A stretch of 64,000 nucleotides of DNA from Opitutia bacterium UBA7876 (GTDB lineage Bacteria > Verrucomicrobiota > Verrucomicrobiia > Opitutales > Seribacteraceae), in the NCBI GenBank assembly GCA_002500665.1, contig DLRY01000046.1, positions 6,462 to 70,461 on the forward strand. The letters are read 5' to 3'. This document shows, piece by piece, positions 28,697-36,428 of the stretch. The notes under the pieces were generated by a model. That model made no database searches. It saw only the letters and a list, made by a program, of their open reading frames with translations, and was not told the DNA's origin. The position numbers and the translations under genes are program-made. Numbering within the stretch: position 1 is the stretch's first letter; each line of letters starts with the position of its first letter.

Positions 28697-28732
28697 AAAA
28701 AAAGGGCCCGGAGTACAAGACTCCGAGCCCTT
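28697..28732 (-). terminator. Intrinsic terminator of the large ncRNA (may also stop tRNA-Ser transcription)
   Basis: Minus strand AAGGGCUCGGAGU-CUUGU-ACUCCGGGCCCUU is a 13-bp stem with one U-G pair, ending in a 7-U tract whose first two U residues close the stem. Confidence 0.9.
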
Positions 28733-29530
28733 AAAAGGTTGGGACGGCGCTCGCCACACGCTCGTTCCCGGATGCCAGCATTTGGCGCATGTATAGCTGC
28801 TGACTCCCCGACGCCATTCGAAGAGGTATGTCTCCGTTTCGGCCTCATGACAGGGCCGTCGAATCAACTTTGGACTGAAACGATTTTGAGGAAAGGCTTC
28901 TGGGCAACTTCAGCACTCCATGAGGAGTGGCTTCGGCTACTCGGCTACTCTCTGGTTACCTTCTGGATTGTAGCCACTTCGACTCAAGCACGCGTCTGGC
29001 AAGCCAGACTCGTACTTTCATCAATACGGGTATCGCCTCATACCTCTCAGGTCATTTGGGGTAACTACATCGCGGTGTAAGCCACGAATCAAAACGGTCG
29101 AAGAATCTTACAATTCTCGACCAACCGAAACAACCAACTTATACCAAACCCGAAGGCTCTGCACGACACTCACTACCAATGTCAATTGGTTGTAACATTT
29201 ACTGGAAAGTCGCGGTAACGACCATGCCTCTTGGCAACCGCTATGATAAGCAGACGAGACCTGTCCTTTTATCAATAACTACGAAAGTCGCGGTCTCAAT
29301 GCAACTTTCGCCCTCCCTGCGCTAAACGTGTTTTTCGCGAGCACGGCTCGCGATACGCAGAGGGTGACGTTTGCCTTCTCGATCAAACCCCAAGAGAGGC
29401 TCAAACGCGAAGGAGCGGAATTCTCCAGTAGAATCCGACCTTTAACCTGGCGTAAACCAGGCTTATCCATGTCTGGTCTTGTATCCGACACAAGTGCCGG
29501 AGCCAATTCCTGAACATTCTGTCAAAGAAC
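28697..29530 (-). ncRNA. Large (~800-830 nt) structured non-coding RNA; MISL-class candidate (GOLLD-like as alternative)
   Basis: No credible CDS; flanked by a promoter and a terminator. More than 12 hairpins read by eye, including a 10-bp stem at 29282-29310, an 8-bp perfect stem at 29335-29353 and G(CUUG)C at 28994-29009, plus complementary hairpin loops. G-U pairs work on the minus strand. The family assignment rests only on size, taxon and context. Confidence 0.75.
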
Positions 29531-29536
29531 GAAATC

Positions 29537-29575
29537 ATAATACTGTCACCCAAACGAACTTGTCAAATTTTTTTT
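29537..29575 (-). promoter_or_regulatory. Near-consensus sigma70 promoter driving the large ncRNA
   Basis: Minus strand TTGACA (29566-29561), 18 bp spacer, TATTAT (29542-29537), with an upstream A-tract resembling an UP element. Confidence 0.75.
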
Positions 29576-29601
29576 TCATAATTTACTGATTATCATACTA
29601 A

Positions 29602-29744
29602 TGTGAATATAACGTGAATATTCTGTGAATAAAGCTAAAGGAATATCGCAACGGTTACCAACATTCCCTTTTAAAGCCTAAAAGTATAATTTTTATAAGA
29701 ATGTGAATGAGTTATGATTATAAATCTCGAGGGATTGTGAATAA
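29602..29744. repeat. Five co-oriented DnaA-box-like 9-mers in an AT-rich patch
   Basis: TGTGAATAT 29602, CGTGAATAT 29613, TGTGAATAA 29624, TGTGAATGA 29702, TGTGAATAA 29736. TGTGAATAA is the reverse complement of TTATTCACA and fits TTWTNCACA. Confidence 0.6.
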
Positions 29745-29874
29745 CTGAACCGCCCGAAAAAAAGTTTAGAAAAAATTTAGTTTTTTTCTTTTTTGGAAGA
29801 AAAAATAAAAAATGTCTAAGGGGTTGGATTCTCGATGGTTGACTATTTCAATGAGGGTGGTTCATCTTGGTTGA

Positions 29875-30690
29875 ATGCAGCCAGTCCTATGCTCCGCAAT
29901 CATGCTCCTCTCTCCACTTGGCAGCATCGAGGCAAACTCCACCCCAGCCTTCGACGTGGACGATCAAGGCATGCTAGCGAAGGTTCTGCAACATGCGGCC
30001 AAGGGAAGGTGGAATGAATTCCGGAACAAGTCTTTGCCTTTCGATGAGTTCAGGCAAAGGAACGGACGACAATACTTTCGCTCTGAAGAAGAACCTTTTT
30101 CCGGATGGTATGGACAATGGGACGATAACGGAACCTTGAGAAACCTACGTCACTTTTGGGGTGGAATCTCGTGGGGACCTATCTACGGTTGGCGGACAAA
30201 CGGCATGAAGTCTCACCAAGGAAACTACGAAAAAGGCAGGAAGCACGGAACTTTTTATTTTTGGAACGAAAACCTCACCAAGATTAGGGAAACCAATTAC
30301 AAGAACGGCAAACTGGACGGTAATTCCACAACTTGGTACGCGAGCGGCAGGGAAAGCTGTCGGCTATCCTTCAAATCGGGCAAGATTCTTTCCGCCATCG
30401 GGTGGAAGCCCGATGGGCAAAGATGTCCGTCCACCAGAGTCACCGATGGGGTCGGCTTGGTTTTGCTCTACGCCGATGAGGAAACGGGAACCAAACCGGC
30501 AACTCCCACCAAAGTGCAGCAGCTCGTAATTGAGAGATACGACAATGGAAACAAGCGGGAGGAAGGAACCTACCTGAACGGCAAAAAAGAAGGGCTTTGG
30601 ATCTATTACCGCACCGACGGGACTGAATTCTTCAGGGAAACCTACCAGTCGGGCTCCCGGCAAAGACTCATCCAGTCCATAGAGCGTTAA
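29875..30690 (+). CDS. Exported MORN2-repeat (YwqK-like) protein
   Basis: Hydrophobic N-terminus; repeats WRTNGMKSHQGNY, WYASGRESC, YDNGNKREEGTYLNGKKEGLW. Confidence 0.75.
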   Translation: MQPVLCSAIMLLSPLGSIEANSTPAFDVDDQGMLAKVLQHAAKGRWNEFRNKSLPFDEFRQRNGRQYFRSEEEPFSGWYGQWDDNGTLRNLRHFWGGISWGPIYGWRTNGMKSHQGNYEKGRKHGTFYFWNENLTKIRETNYKNGKLDGNSTTWYASGRESCRLSFKSGKILSAIGWKPDGQRCPSTRVTDGVGLVLLYADEETGTKPATPTKVQQLVIERYDNGNKREEGTYLNGKKEGLWIYYRTDGTEFFRETYQSGSRQRLIQSIER

Positions 30691-30704
30691 GCCGGATAAT
30701 CGCC

Positions 30705-31145
30705 TCAGGGCGCTTCCTCGGGCGAATCGCCGTCCTCCGGCATGTCCCTTGGTCCCTCCGAATCGCCCGGCAATCGCTCGTGAATTTGGTCGAGTTCCTC
30801 GGGAGGCGTCGTAAAACGTGTAAAGGTTTGCCTTTCGGTCGACTGGGTAATCTTGAGCAGCAGATCTTCGTTCTCCCGATCCAAGTAGAAAATCTGGAGA
30901 AGCTTGGAATGCGAATCATTGACCAGTTTCTTGCTGTCGTCGAAAGGAGAGAAATATTCGGGTTTCAATTTCTTCAACCTTGCGAGAGACTCGTCCAACT
31001 GGGGAAGCATTTGTTGCTTGCGCCCGATCAGGTCCATATCGGGGGCAACCTTCTTGGTCTTGAGCCAAGTATTCTCCTCGAGGAGAAGAGCATGAACATC
31101 CTCACACAAATCAAGGTGAGCCTTGATGACGCTTCTAGGCTCCAT
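30705..31145 (-). CDS. FlgN-like small helical protein (putative flagellar export chaperone)
   Basis: Probable start MEPRS at 31145. Helical pattern LLLEEN..L....DLIGRKQQML..L...L and a terminal DRENEDLLL resemble FlgN. Confidence 0.55.
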   Translation of the reverse strand: MEPRSVIKAHLDLCEDVHALLLEENTWLKTKKVAPDMDLIGRKQQMLPQLDESLARLKKLKPEYFSPFDDSKKLVNDSHSKLLQIFYLDRENEDLLLKITQSTERQTFTRFTTPPEELDQIHERLPGDSEGPRDMPEDGDSPEEAP

Positions 31146-31155
31146 TATGAAATCG

Positions 31156-33318
31156 TCACTCGGGAGAGGGAATTTCGTCTCCAGTTGCCTCGGGACGCGT
31201 GTAAATCCCATATCGGTTAACGGCCTGCCTGATGGCACGGGTATCCTCAAGTTGCTCCCTTCTCCACTTCGCCATTCCGAAAACGAAATTCAAGTACTTG
31301 TTGCTGGCCATCCTCTCGCGAGCTTCTTCCGAAGTAACATATTCCTCGATGGAGGAATACGTTTCCATAGCCTGCACGTAGTTGCCCAGCTTTTCCTCGC
31401 AAAGGGCAATTTGATAGAGTACAGGAACCTGCCAAGCGGGGGAAGGATCAATCTCACGAAGGGCCGAATAGATACGGTATGCGTTGAAGTACTCGCTTTC
31501 CTCAAAAAACTTGTTCGCGAGATAGTTGCCGGTTTTCTTCTTCCAGAAATTCCATACCCCCTTCAATCGGTTAATGGCCGCCTGATCACGATCCCGGACT
31601 GCCCTTTCCTGTTCCAGATTCAGGATCATCTCGGGGTTGAAATCGGATTCCTTAAGCAAGACCAAGAGCTCTGCAACAGACTCCTCATCCTGATTGAGCT
31701 GTTCATAGGTAAGGGCAAGCAGATAGTGGGCTTCGGGCACGTAGGGACTTTGGGGATAAAGGGTGCCGTATGAACGGAGGGTTTCCTTAACCTTGGCAAA
31801 ATCCGCCCTTGGAGTCTTGTCGTATTCCAGTTCGACTTCCATTCTTTGCTCGGGAGGCAGGCGGTTCATCTTGTCTTTCTCACGCAGGCTTTCCCTGGCA
31901 CGGCGATAATGAGCCAACCCCTGCTTGAACCGGACGAAGCTACGATCCGTGTCGCTCAATTGCTCCAACCTCCAAAGCCTGTCGAAAAACTTGATCGCAT
32001 TATCATAGTCCTCCGCATCCATAAAGGTTTCCGCTATTTCAAACATTGCCTGGTTGGACTCGGAGTCAGTACGTGTCTCCAAGACCTTGCCTTTTTGCTT
32101 CTCCGCCAACTCAAAGGCCTCGTTGCGGGGAAGAGTGAGGGTTGCATTAATAGCCTCGTAAAACTTGTTGAGGGCCATGCGATGCGCTCCTAGGTTACGA
32201 TATATCTTACCCAGTCGGATATGAGTTTCGGGAATAGTCGGGGCTCCACGCTTCCTTCCCTCGAGCCACTTTTCCACCGAGCCAAGAGGAGCCTTGAGGT
32301 CGGGAATGCCCGGGGCATCCTCGTGGTCCTGAAAAGGATAGGCATCATCGGCGGCAAATTCCTCCACGTAGCGCTCATAGGTTTTGGCGGCATCCACCCA
32401 AGCCTGGTTACGCTCATGCATCGACATTAGAGATAGCAGGATATCCCTGCGATAGCGTTTGTGATAAGGAGCGTTCAACCGGCCCAGCACCCGGTTGCAA
32501 TAGGATGTGGCCTTGAATACGGATCGGCTGACAAAAGGAAGATTCGTCCCTCCAGAAGCTTGCCTGGTCTGCATGATAGCCTCCATTATCTTGCCCTTGA
32601 GTTCCTCGTCAATACGGTCGCCGAGAACGGTATACTCCTCAATCTCCGAGGGATCGCGAGGATCGGGCCTTTGGTTGAGGACGTTCGATTCCACGACCTC
32701 CACGGGTTCCCTCGAATCCTTTGGAGTCTGAGGAAGAGGTTTCTCCAGTGGCTGGGCATCGGCCGAGGGAAACGCGAGCGGACGAGCAAATTCGGGCATG
32801 TCATACGGATCGACTTCCCTGAGCAGATCCTCCAAAGACGCCTTGCCGTAGTCGACTTCCTCAAGGGGGGACAAAGTTGCCTGTGGCCGAAACGATCCGG
32901 ACGTCCCGACTGGATCCGCTCCCTGACTCGAATCGGCACTGGGAGGATTGACGTCATCCTTGTTATAAGGCTGGAGCGTGGAATCAGCAGATGGCTCAGA
33001 ACCTTGGTTCAGCAGATTGCCAGGCAACAATTCGTCCTTGAGCCTGAAGGATTTGTCCCCGGAGTCAGTGGGTGACTGAGGACGGGGTCGGCTCTGGATA
33101 TCAACCGGGCCATATAGAGGGGAGTCGGATTCGGGTGGAGATTGAACGGCGGGAGAAGCAGAGCTTTTCTCGATATCATCGAGCAAGGCGTCGATGCCTT
33201 GAATCACTTCTTGGAGAGACTTCTCCTCAATTCGGGTCTGCCCGTCCTGGGCAAATGTCGAAGAAACGAAGAATGAATAAAGAAAATTGATAAAAACAAG
33301 TGGAAAAGAGATCTTCAT
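31156..33318 (-). CDS. Exported tetratricopeptide-repeat protein
   Basis: Signal peptide, Pro/Ser-rich linker, TPR-like units (AMFEIAETFMDAEDYDNAIKFF, AHYLLALTYEQL, VLYQIALCEEKLGNY). Confidence 0.8.
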   Translation of the reverse strand: MKISFPLVFINFLYSFFVSSTFAQDGQTRIEEKSLQEVIQGIDALLDDIEKSSASPAVQSPPESDSPLYGPVDIQSRPRPQSPTDSGDKSFRLKDELLPGNLLNQGSEPSADSTLQPYNKDDVNPPSADSSQGADPVGTSGSFRPQATLSPLEEVDYGKASLEDLLREVDPYDMPEFARPLAFPSADAQPLEKPLPQTPKDSREPVEVVESNVLNQRPDPRDPSEIEEYTVLGDRIDEELKGKIMEAIMQTRQASGGTNLPFVSRSVFKATSYCNRVLGRLNAPYHKRYRRDILLSLMSMHERNQAWVDAAKTYERYVEEFAADDAYPFQDHEDAPGIPDLKAPLGSVEKWLEGRKRGAPTIPETHIRLGKIYRNLGAHRMALNKFYEAINATLTLPRNEAFELAEKQKGKVLETRTDSESNQAMFEIAETFMDAEDYDNAIKFFDRLWRLEQLSDTDRSFVRFKQGLAHYRRARESLREKDKMNRLPPEQRMEVELEYDKTPRADFAKVKETLRSYGTLYPQSPYVPEAHYLLALTYEQLNQDEESVAELLVLLKESDFNPEMILNLEQERAVRDRDQAAINRLKGVWNFWKKKTGNYLANKFFEESEYFNAYRIYSALREIDPSPAWQVPVLYQIALCEEKLGNYVQAMETYSSIEEYVTSEEARERMASNKYLNFVFGMAKWRREQLEDTRAIRQAVNRYGIYTRPEATGDEIPSPE

Positions 33319-33920
33319 CGCTGGACCCTCCTGTAGGTTGCTTTGTTGGACATCCTCATCCCATCGGGAGCGACGGTATAAGGGGGGACGAAAGGAGCGG
33401 GTTGGCGCAAGCTTCCACGACCGTCAACCTCTGAAGTCTCTAGGAGCCTCAGTAGTTCATCGGTGGAATCGGGCCCGAACCCATCTATACCCTCGAAGGG
33501 GTCTGAAAGAGGCAAGGTCTCTGATGGCGCCGTTCGGGGGATGAAAGGTAGGGATCCAATTCCGACCGGAGCGTTGGTCGATGCATTCCCGTCTAAACCG
33601 GAAGCAGGCGGAGGCGGAGGTATTGCCGCAGTTGCATTCTGGTCGGGAAGAACGGGACCGGAAACGGTACTCCCTGCAGAAAGGGGCGCTGGGGGAAGGA
33701 CCAAGGCAAGCCTATCCACCGGAAGAGGTGAGATGGTGAAGCGGAGGGGCGCGGGCTTGGAAAAAGTAAGGTATGCCGGACGCTTGGGCTTAGGGGCATC
33801 GAAACGTTTGGTATCCAATGCCTTGGACTCTTGTCCTATGAATAATAGAAAGAATCCGGCTATGGCCGAAATCCTAAGTGAAGATATGTGAACTAGCTTT
33901 TCCATGGAATGATTAATCAC
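33315..33920 (-). CDS. Proline-rich exported hypothetical protein
   Basis: Signal-like SAIAGFFLLFIG, Pro-rich body, 4-nt overlap with the TPR gene. Confidence 0.6.
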   Translation of the reverse strand: MINHSMEKLVHISSLRISAIAGFFLLFIGQESKALDTKRFDAPKPKRPAYLTFSKPAPLRFTISPLPVDRLALVLPPAPLSAGSTVSGPVLPDQNATAAIPPPPPASGLDGNASTNAPVGIGSLPFIPRTAPSETLPLSDPFEGIDGFGPDSTDELLRLLETSEVDGRGSLRQPAPFVPPYTVAPDGMRMSNKATYRRVQR

Positions 33921-33971
33921 CCTTAACTATCGGATGGTGGTAGCGAAACTTTACTGAAAATCATCTTTTTT

Positions 33972-34529
33972 CTAAAAGTCGGGCACATGAATTCCCCTCT
34001 GGTGTTCTCGGTGGACTGATAACAAGTCTTCCATGGTATGCACGTCCAACGGATGAACGCCCCTCGCCTCGAAGACCCGGGCCGTTATATCGAAGGGATC
34101 GCCATAATTCTCCAGGCAAGACCGAGTTTGAGCCCAAACGGCATACGGATCGGACAAGGCCTCTCCCGTCTCTTCGGCCAGTTCGATGGCCTTCAGGATA
34201 ACCGACTCCTCGCATTCCGGGAAATTACAATTGAAGTTCACATGGAGATCGCATTCATGGTTCTCAAGGATGTGCTGGAAGACCGGCACGGATGCGACCC
34301 CGTCGCCCGAGAGCGTCTCGGGACGAGGCAGAATTCTCACGTCAGGATGCATGCAGGTTCTCGCAATCAGCTCGCTGTCCGTCGACAAGACGACTTCATC
34401 GATGCGAGGGCAATCCAGGAGCTTGTGAACTGCCCGTAGAACCAAAGGTACTCCCTTGTACGGGAGGAGGTTCTTGTAGGTCAAGCGCTTGCTGCCAATC
34501 CTGGCGATCACTGAACCGACTATCTTCAT
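33972..34529 (-). CDS. Short acylneuraminate/CMP-sugar cytidylyltransferase (NeuA/PseF-like)
   Basis: IARIGSKRLTYKNL, VVLSTDSE, RPETLSGD, terminal LDVHTMEDL; only 185 aa. Confidence 0.8.
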   Translation of the reverse strand: MKIVGSVIARIGSKRLTYKNLLPYKGVPLVLRAVHKLLDCPRIDEVVLSTDSELIARTCMHPDVRILPRPETLSGDGVASVPVFQHILENHECDLHVNFNCNFPECEESVILKAIELAEETGEALSDPYAVWAQTRSCLENYGDPFDITARVFEARGVHPLDVHTMEDLLSVHREHQRGIHVPDF

Positions 34530-34626
34530 ATCTTCAGCCTAGCCCAGAGCTAAGAGCCTTTGCAAGTCGCTTGTCGAATGTCTTTCAGCTTGGAAAGAAC
34601 CTCCTAATTTGGTTTTCTTTTAAGCA

Positions 34627-35799
34627 ATGGGACTTATTCCTTATTCAAAGCAAAGTATCGGCGAGGAAGATTTGCTCGCCGTCGAGCGGATGATGAAAGA
34701 TGACTTTCTCACTCAAGGACCACAAGTAAGTGAATTCGAGAAGGACCTGGCTGGATGGTTTGGCGTCAAGCAAGCGGTCGCCTGCTCCAGTGGTACCGCC
34801 GCTCTCCACTTGGCCTATTCCTCGCTCGGCATCGATGAGAATAGTATAGGCATCGTACCCGCGGTAACCTTCTCTGCAACCGCAAACGCCCTCAAATATC
34901 AGGGAGCAAAGCCAATTTTCTGCGACGTAGACCCTGAAAGTGGCTTGATTGACCTCGAATCCGTGGAGGAAATACTTAACAACTTGAACCCAAACCAGAA
35001 GCGGAGCAAGAACCTCATCGTCCCCGTTTCGCTGACGGGTTCGGTAGCCCCCCTTAAAGGATGCAGGATTCTTGCCGACAAACATGAATTTTGCGTGGTA
35101 GAGGATGCCTCCCATTCCCCGGGGGCTTGGAGGGAGGAATCAGATGGCAATAAAATCAAAAGCGCCTCTGGGGAATGGTCGGATGCCTCGACCTTGAGCT
35201 TTCATCCAGTCAAGCACGTCTGTTGTGGCGAGGGGGGGGCGATCCTCACCAACTCCGCGGAGATTCGCAAGCATGCGGTCAAATTGAGAAGCCATGGCAT
35301 CCAGCGTCCATTTGGCCCCGAACATGAGACGCCTTGGGCCTACGAACAGGACGAACTGGGCTGGAACTATCGGCTCTCCGACATCCACGCGGCCTTGGGA
35401 AGATCACAGCTCAAATGCTTGAAGAACTCCCTCCTCAAGAGAAGAGAGATCGCCGCCCGCTACCGCGAACTGCTTGGCAAAAAACCGTTTTCCAGTCATT
35501 TCGGCCTGCCGAACGAAGAGAAAGGACACGCTTGGCATCTGTTCGTGCTTCGCTTCAGGAAACCAGGCCGTCGCGACCAAGCGCACAAATTCCTAAAGGA
35601 GAGGGGAATCATGACGCAAGTTCACTACGTCCCCCTTTACCGACACCCTTATTTCGAGAGAGAAATGGGGAAAATACGGCTTCCGGGGGCGGAAAAGTTT
35701 TTCGAGGGATGTCTCAGCATTCCTCTTTTTCCGAATTTGACGAAGGGAGAACAAGACGCCGTTGTAAACGAGATCGCCCGATTCATCGAAAAAGGATGA
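34627..35799 (+). CDS. pseC: DegT/DnrJ aminotransferase, PseC-like
   Basis: IPYSKQSI, FLTQGP, CSSGTAALHLA, EDASHS, SFHPVKHVCCGEGG, ELGWNYRLSDI, QVHYVP. Confidence 0.82.
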   Translation: MGLIPYSKQSIGEEDLLAVERMMKDDFLTQGPQVSEFEKDLAGWFGVKQAVACSSGTAALHLAYSSLGIDENSIGIVPAVTFSATANALKYQGAKPIFCDVDPESGLIDLESVEEILNNLNPNQKRSKNLIVPVSLTGSVAPLKGCRILADKHEFCVVEDASHSPGAWREESDGNKIKSASGEWSDASTLSFHPVKHVCCGEGGAILTNSAEIRKHAVKLRSHGIQRPFGPEHETPWAYEQDELGWNYRLSDIHAALGRSQLKCLKNSLLKRREIAARYRELLGKKPFSSHFGLPNEEKGHAWHLFVLRFRKPGRRDQAHKFLKERGIMTQVHYVPLYRHPYFEREMGKIRLPGAEKFFEGCLSIPLFPNLTKGEQDAVVNEIARFIEKG

Positions 35800-36428
35800 C
35801 CGATCCAAAGGGATTCGAGCAGGAAAGGGAAAAACCCGGAGAATATCTCGCCCTAGGAGGTTTCAAGGCCAGTTACGGGGAGTACGCGACTAGTTCCATC
35901 AGAATGAAGGATGCTCTCCCCATCATGGCGTGGCGAAACACTCAAATCTCCGCCTTACGCCAAAAGGAGCCCCTTACCCGCGAGCAACAACTCCGATACT
36001 TCGAGGAAGTAGTCGGCAAACAGTTTTCTGAAAAGCGACCCCGCCAAGTTCTACTTAGGTTCACCCTTCAAGGAGAATTGATCGGGTATGGGGGACTGGT
36101 GCACGTCGACTGGGAAAATTCCAGGGCTGAAGCTTCCTTCCTTCTGGAGACCGAGAGGGCCAGGGACGTTTCACTCTACCAGGAAGAATGCCGCATTTTC
36201 ATGGCTTTTCTCCAACAATGCGCCTTCACCGTACTAGGTCTTAATAAGATCACCACTGAGGCCTACGCTCATCGGGAATTCCACCTTCAGGCCCTCGATT
36301 CAAGTGGTTTCATCAGGGAAGGAATCCTGCGCCAGCATGTCCAAGTCGATGGAACTTGGGTAGACGCAATCGTTTCGTCCTGCCTGAATTCAGAATTCGA
36401 AGGACAAGGCCGAGACCAGCAGGAATGA
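35796..36428 (+). CDS. GNAT N-acetyltransferase (PseH/RimJ-like)
   Basis: Start MTDPKG (ATGA overlap). IMAWRN..., LIGYGGLVHVDW, GFIREGILRQH. Confidence 0.8.
   Translation: MTDPKGFEQEREKPGEYLALGGFKASYGEYATSSIRMKDALPIMAWRNTQISALRQKEPLTREQQLRYFEEVVGKQFSEKRPRQVLLRFTLQGELIGYGGLVHVDWENSRAEASFLLETERARDVSLYQEECRIFMAFLQQCAFTVLGLNKITTEAYAHREFHLQALDSSGFIREGILRQHVQVDGTWVDAIVSSCLNSEFEGQGRDQQE

Noticed and set aside
28595-29080. 161-aa plus-strand ORF
   Set aside because: It starts inside tRNA-Ser, crosses the terminator, runs antisense to the structured RNA and has no protein-like motifs. The short ORFs at 29279-29506 and 29328-29513 were rejected for similar reasons.
28888-29468. RNase P RNA resemblance on the plus strand (GAGGAAAGGC... 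and ...AAACCAGGCTTAT)
   Set aside because: The GAGGAAAGTCC consensus is broken, the P4 pairing is poor, the spacing (~570 nt) is too long, and promoter, terminator and G-U pairs all point to the minus strand.
28697-29530. Group I/II intron, tmRNA or rRNA fragment as identity of the large RNA
   Set aside because: No group II 5' GUGCG or domain V, no recognisable group I P7 core, no interrupted host gene, no tRNA-like ends or tag ORF, and no rRNA signature was seen.
29602-29632. CRISPR array or CRP site interpretation of the GTGAATA repeats
   Set aside because: The 11-bp period is far too short for CRISPR and there are no cas genes. The TGTGA half-sites are direct repeats, not the TGTGA-N6-TCACA palindrome.
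29712-29725. dif-like XerD arm (TTATGATTATAAAT)
   Set aside because: It matches TTATGTTAAAT only with insertions, and no XerC arm lies at the right spacing.
29875-30690. Toxin-antitoxin system suggested by the YwqK-like MORN2 repeats
   Set aside because: The YwqK label only reflects the repeat type; the protein looks exported and has no adjacent toxin gene.
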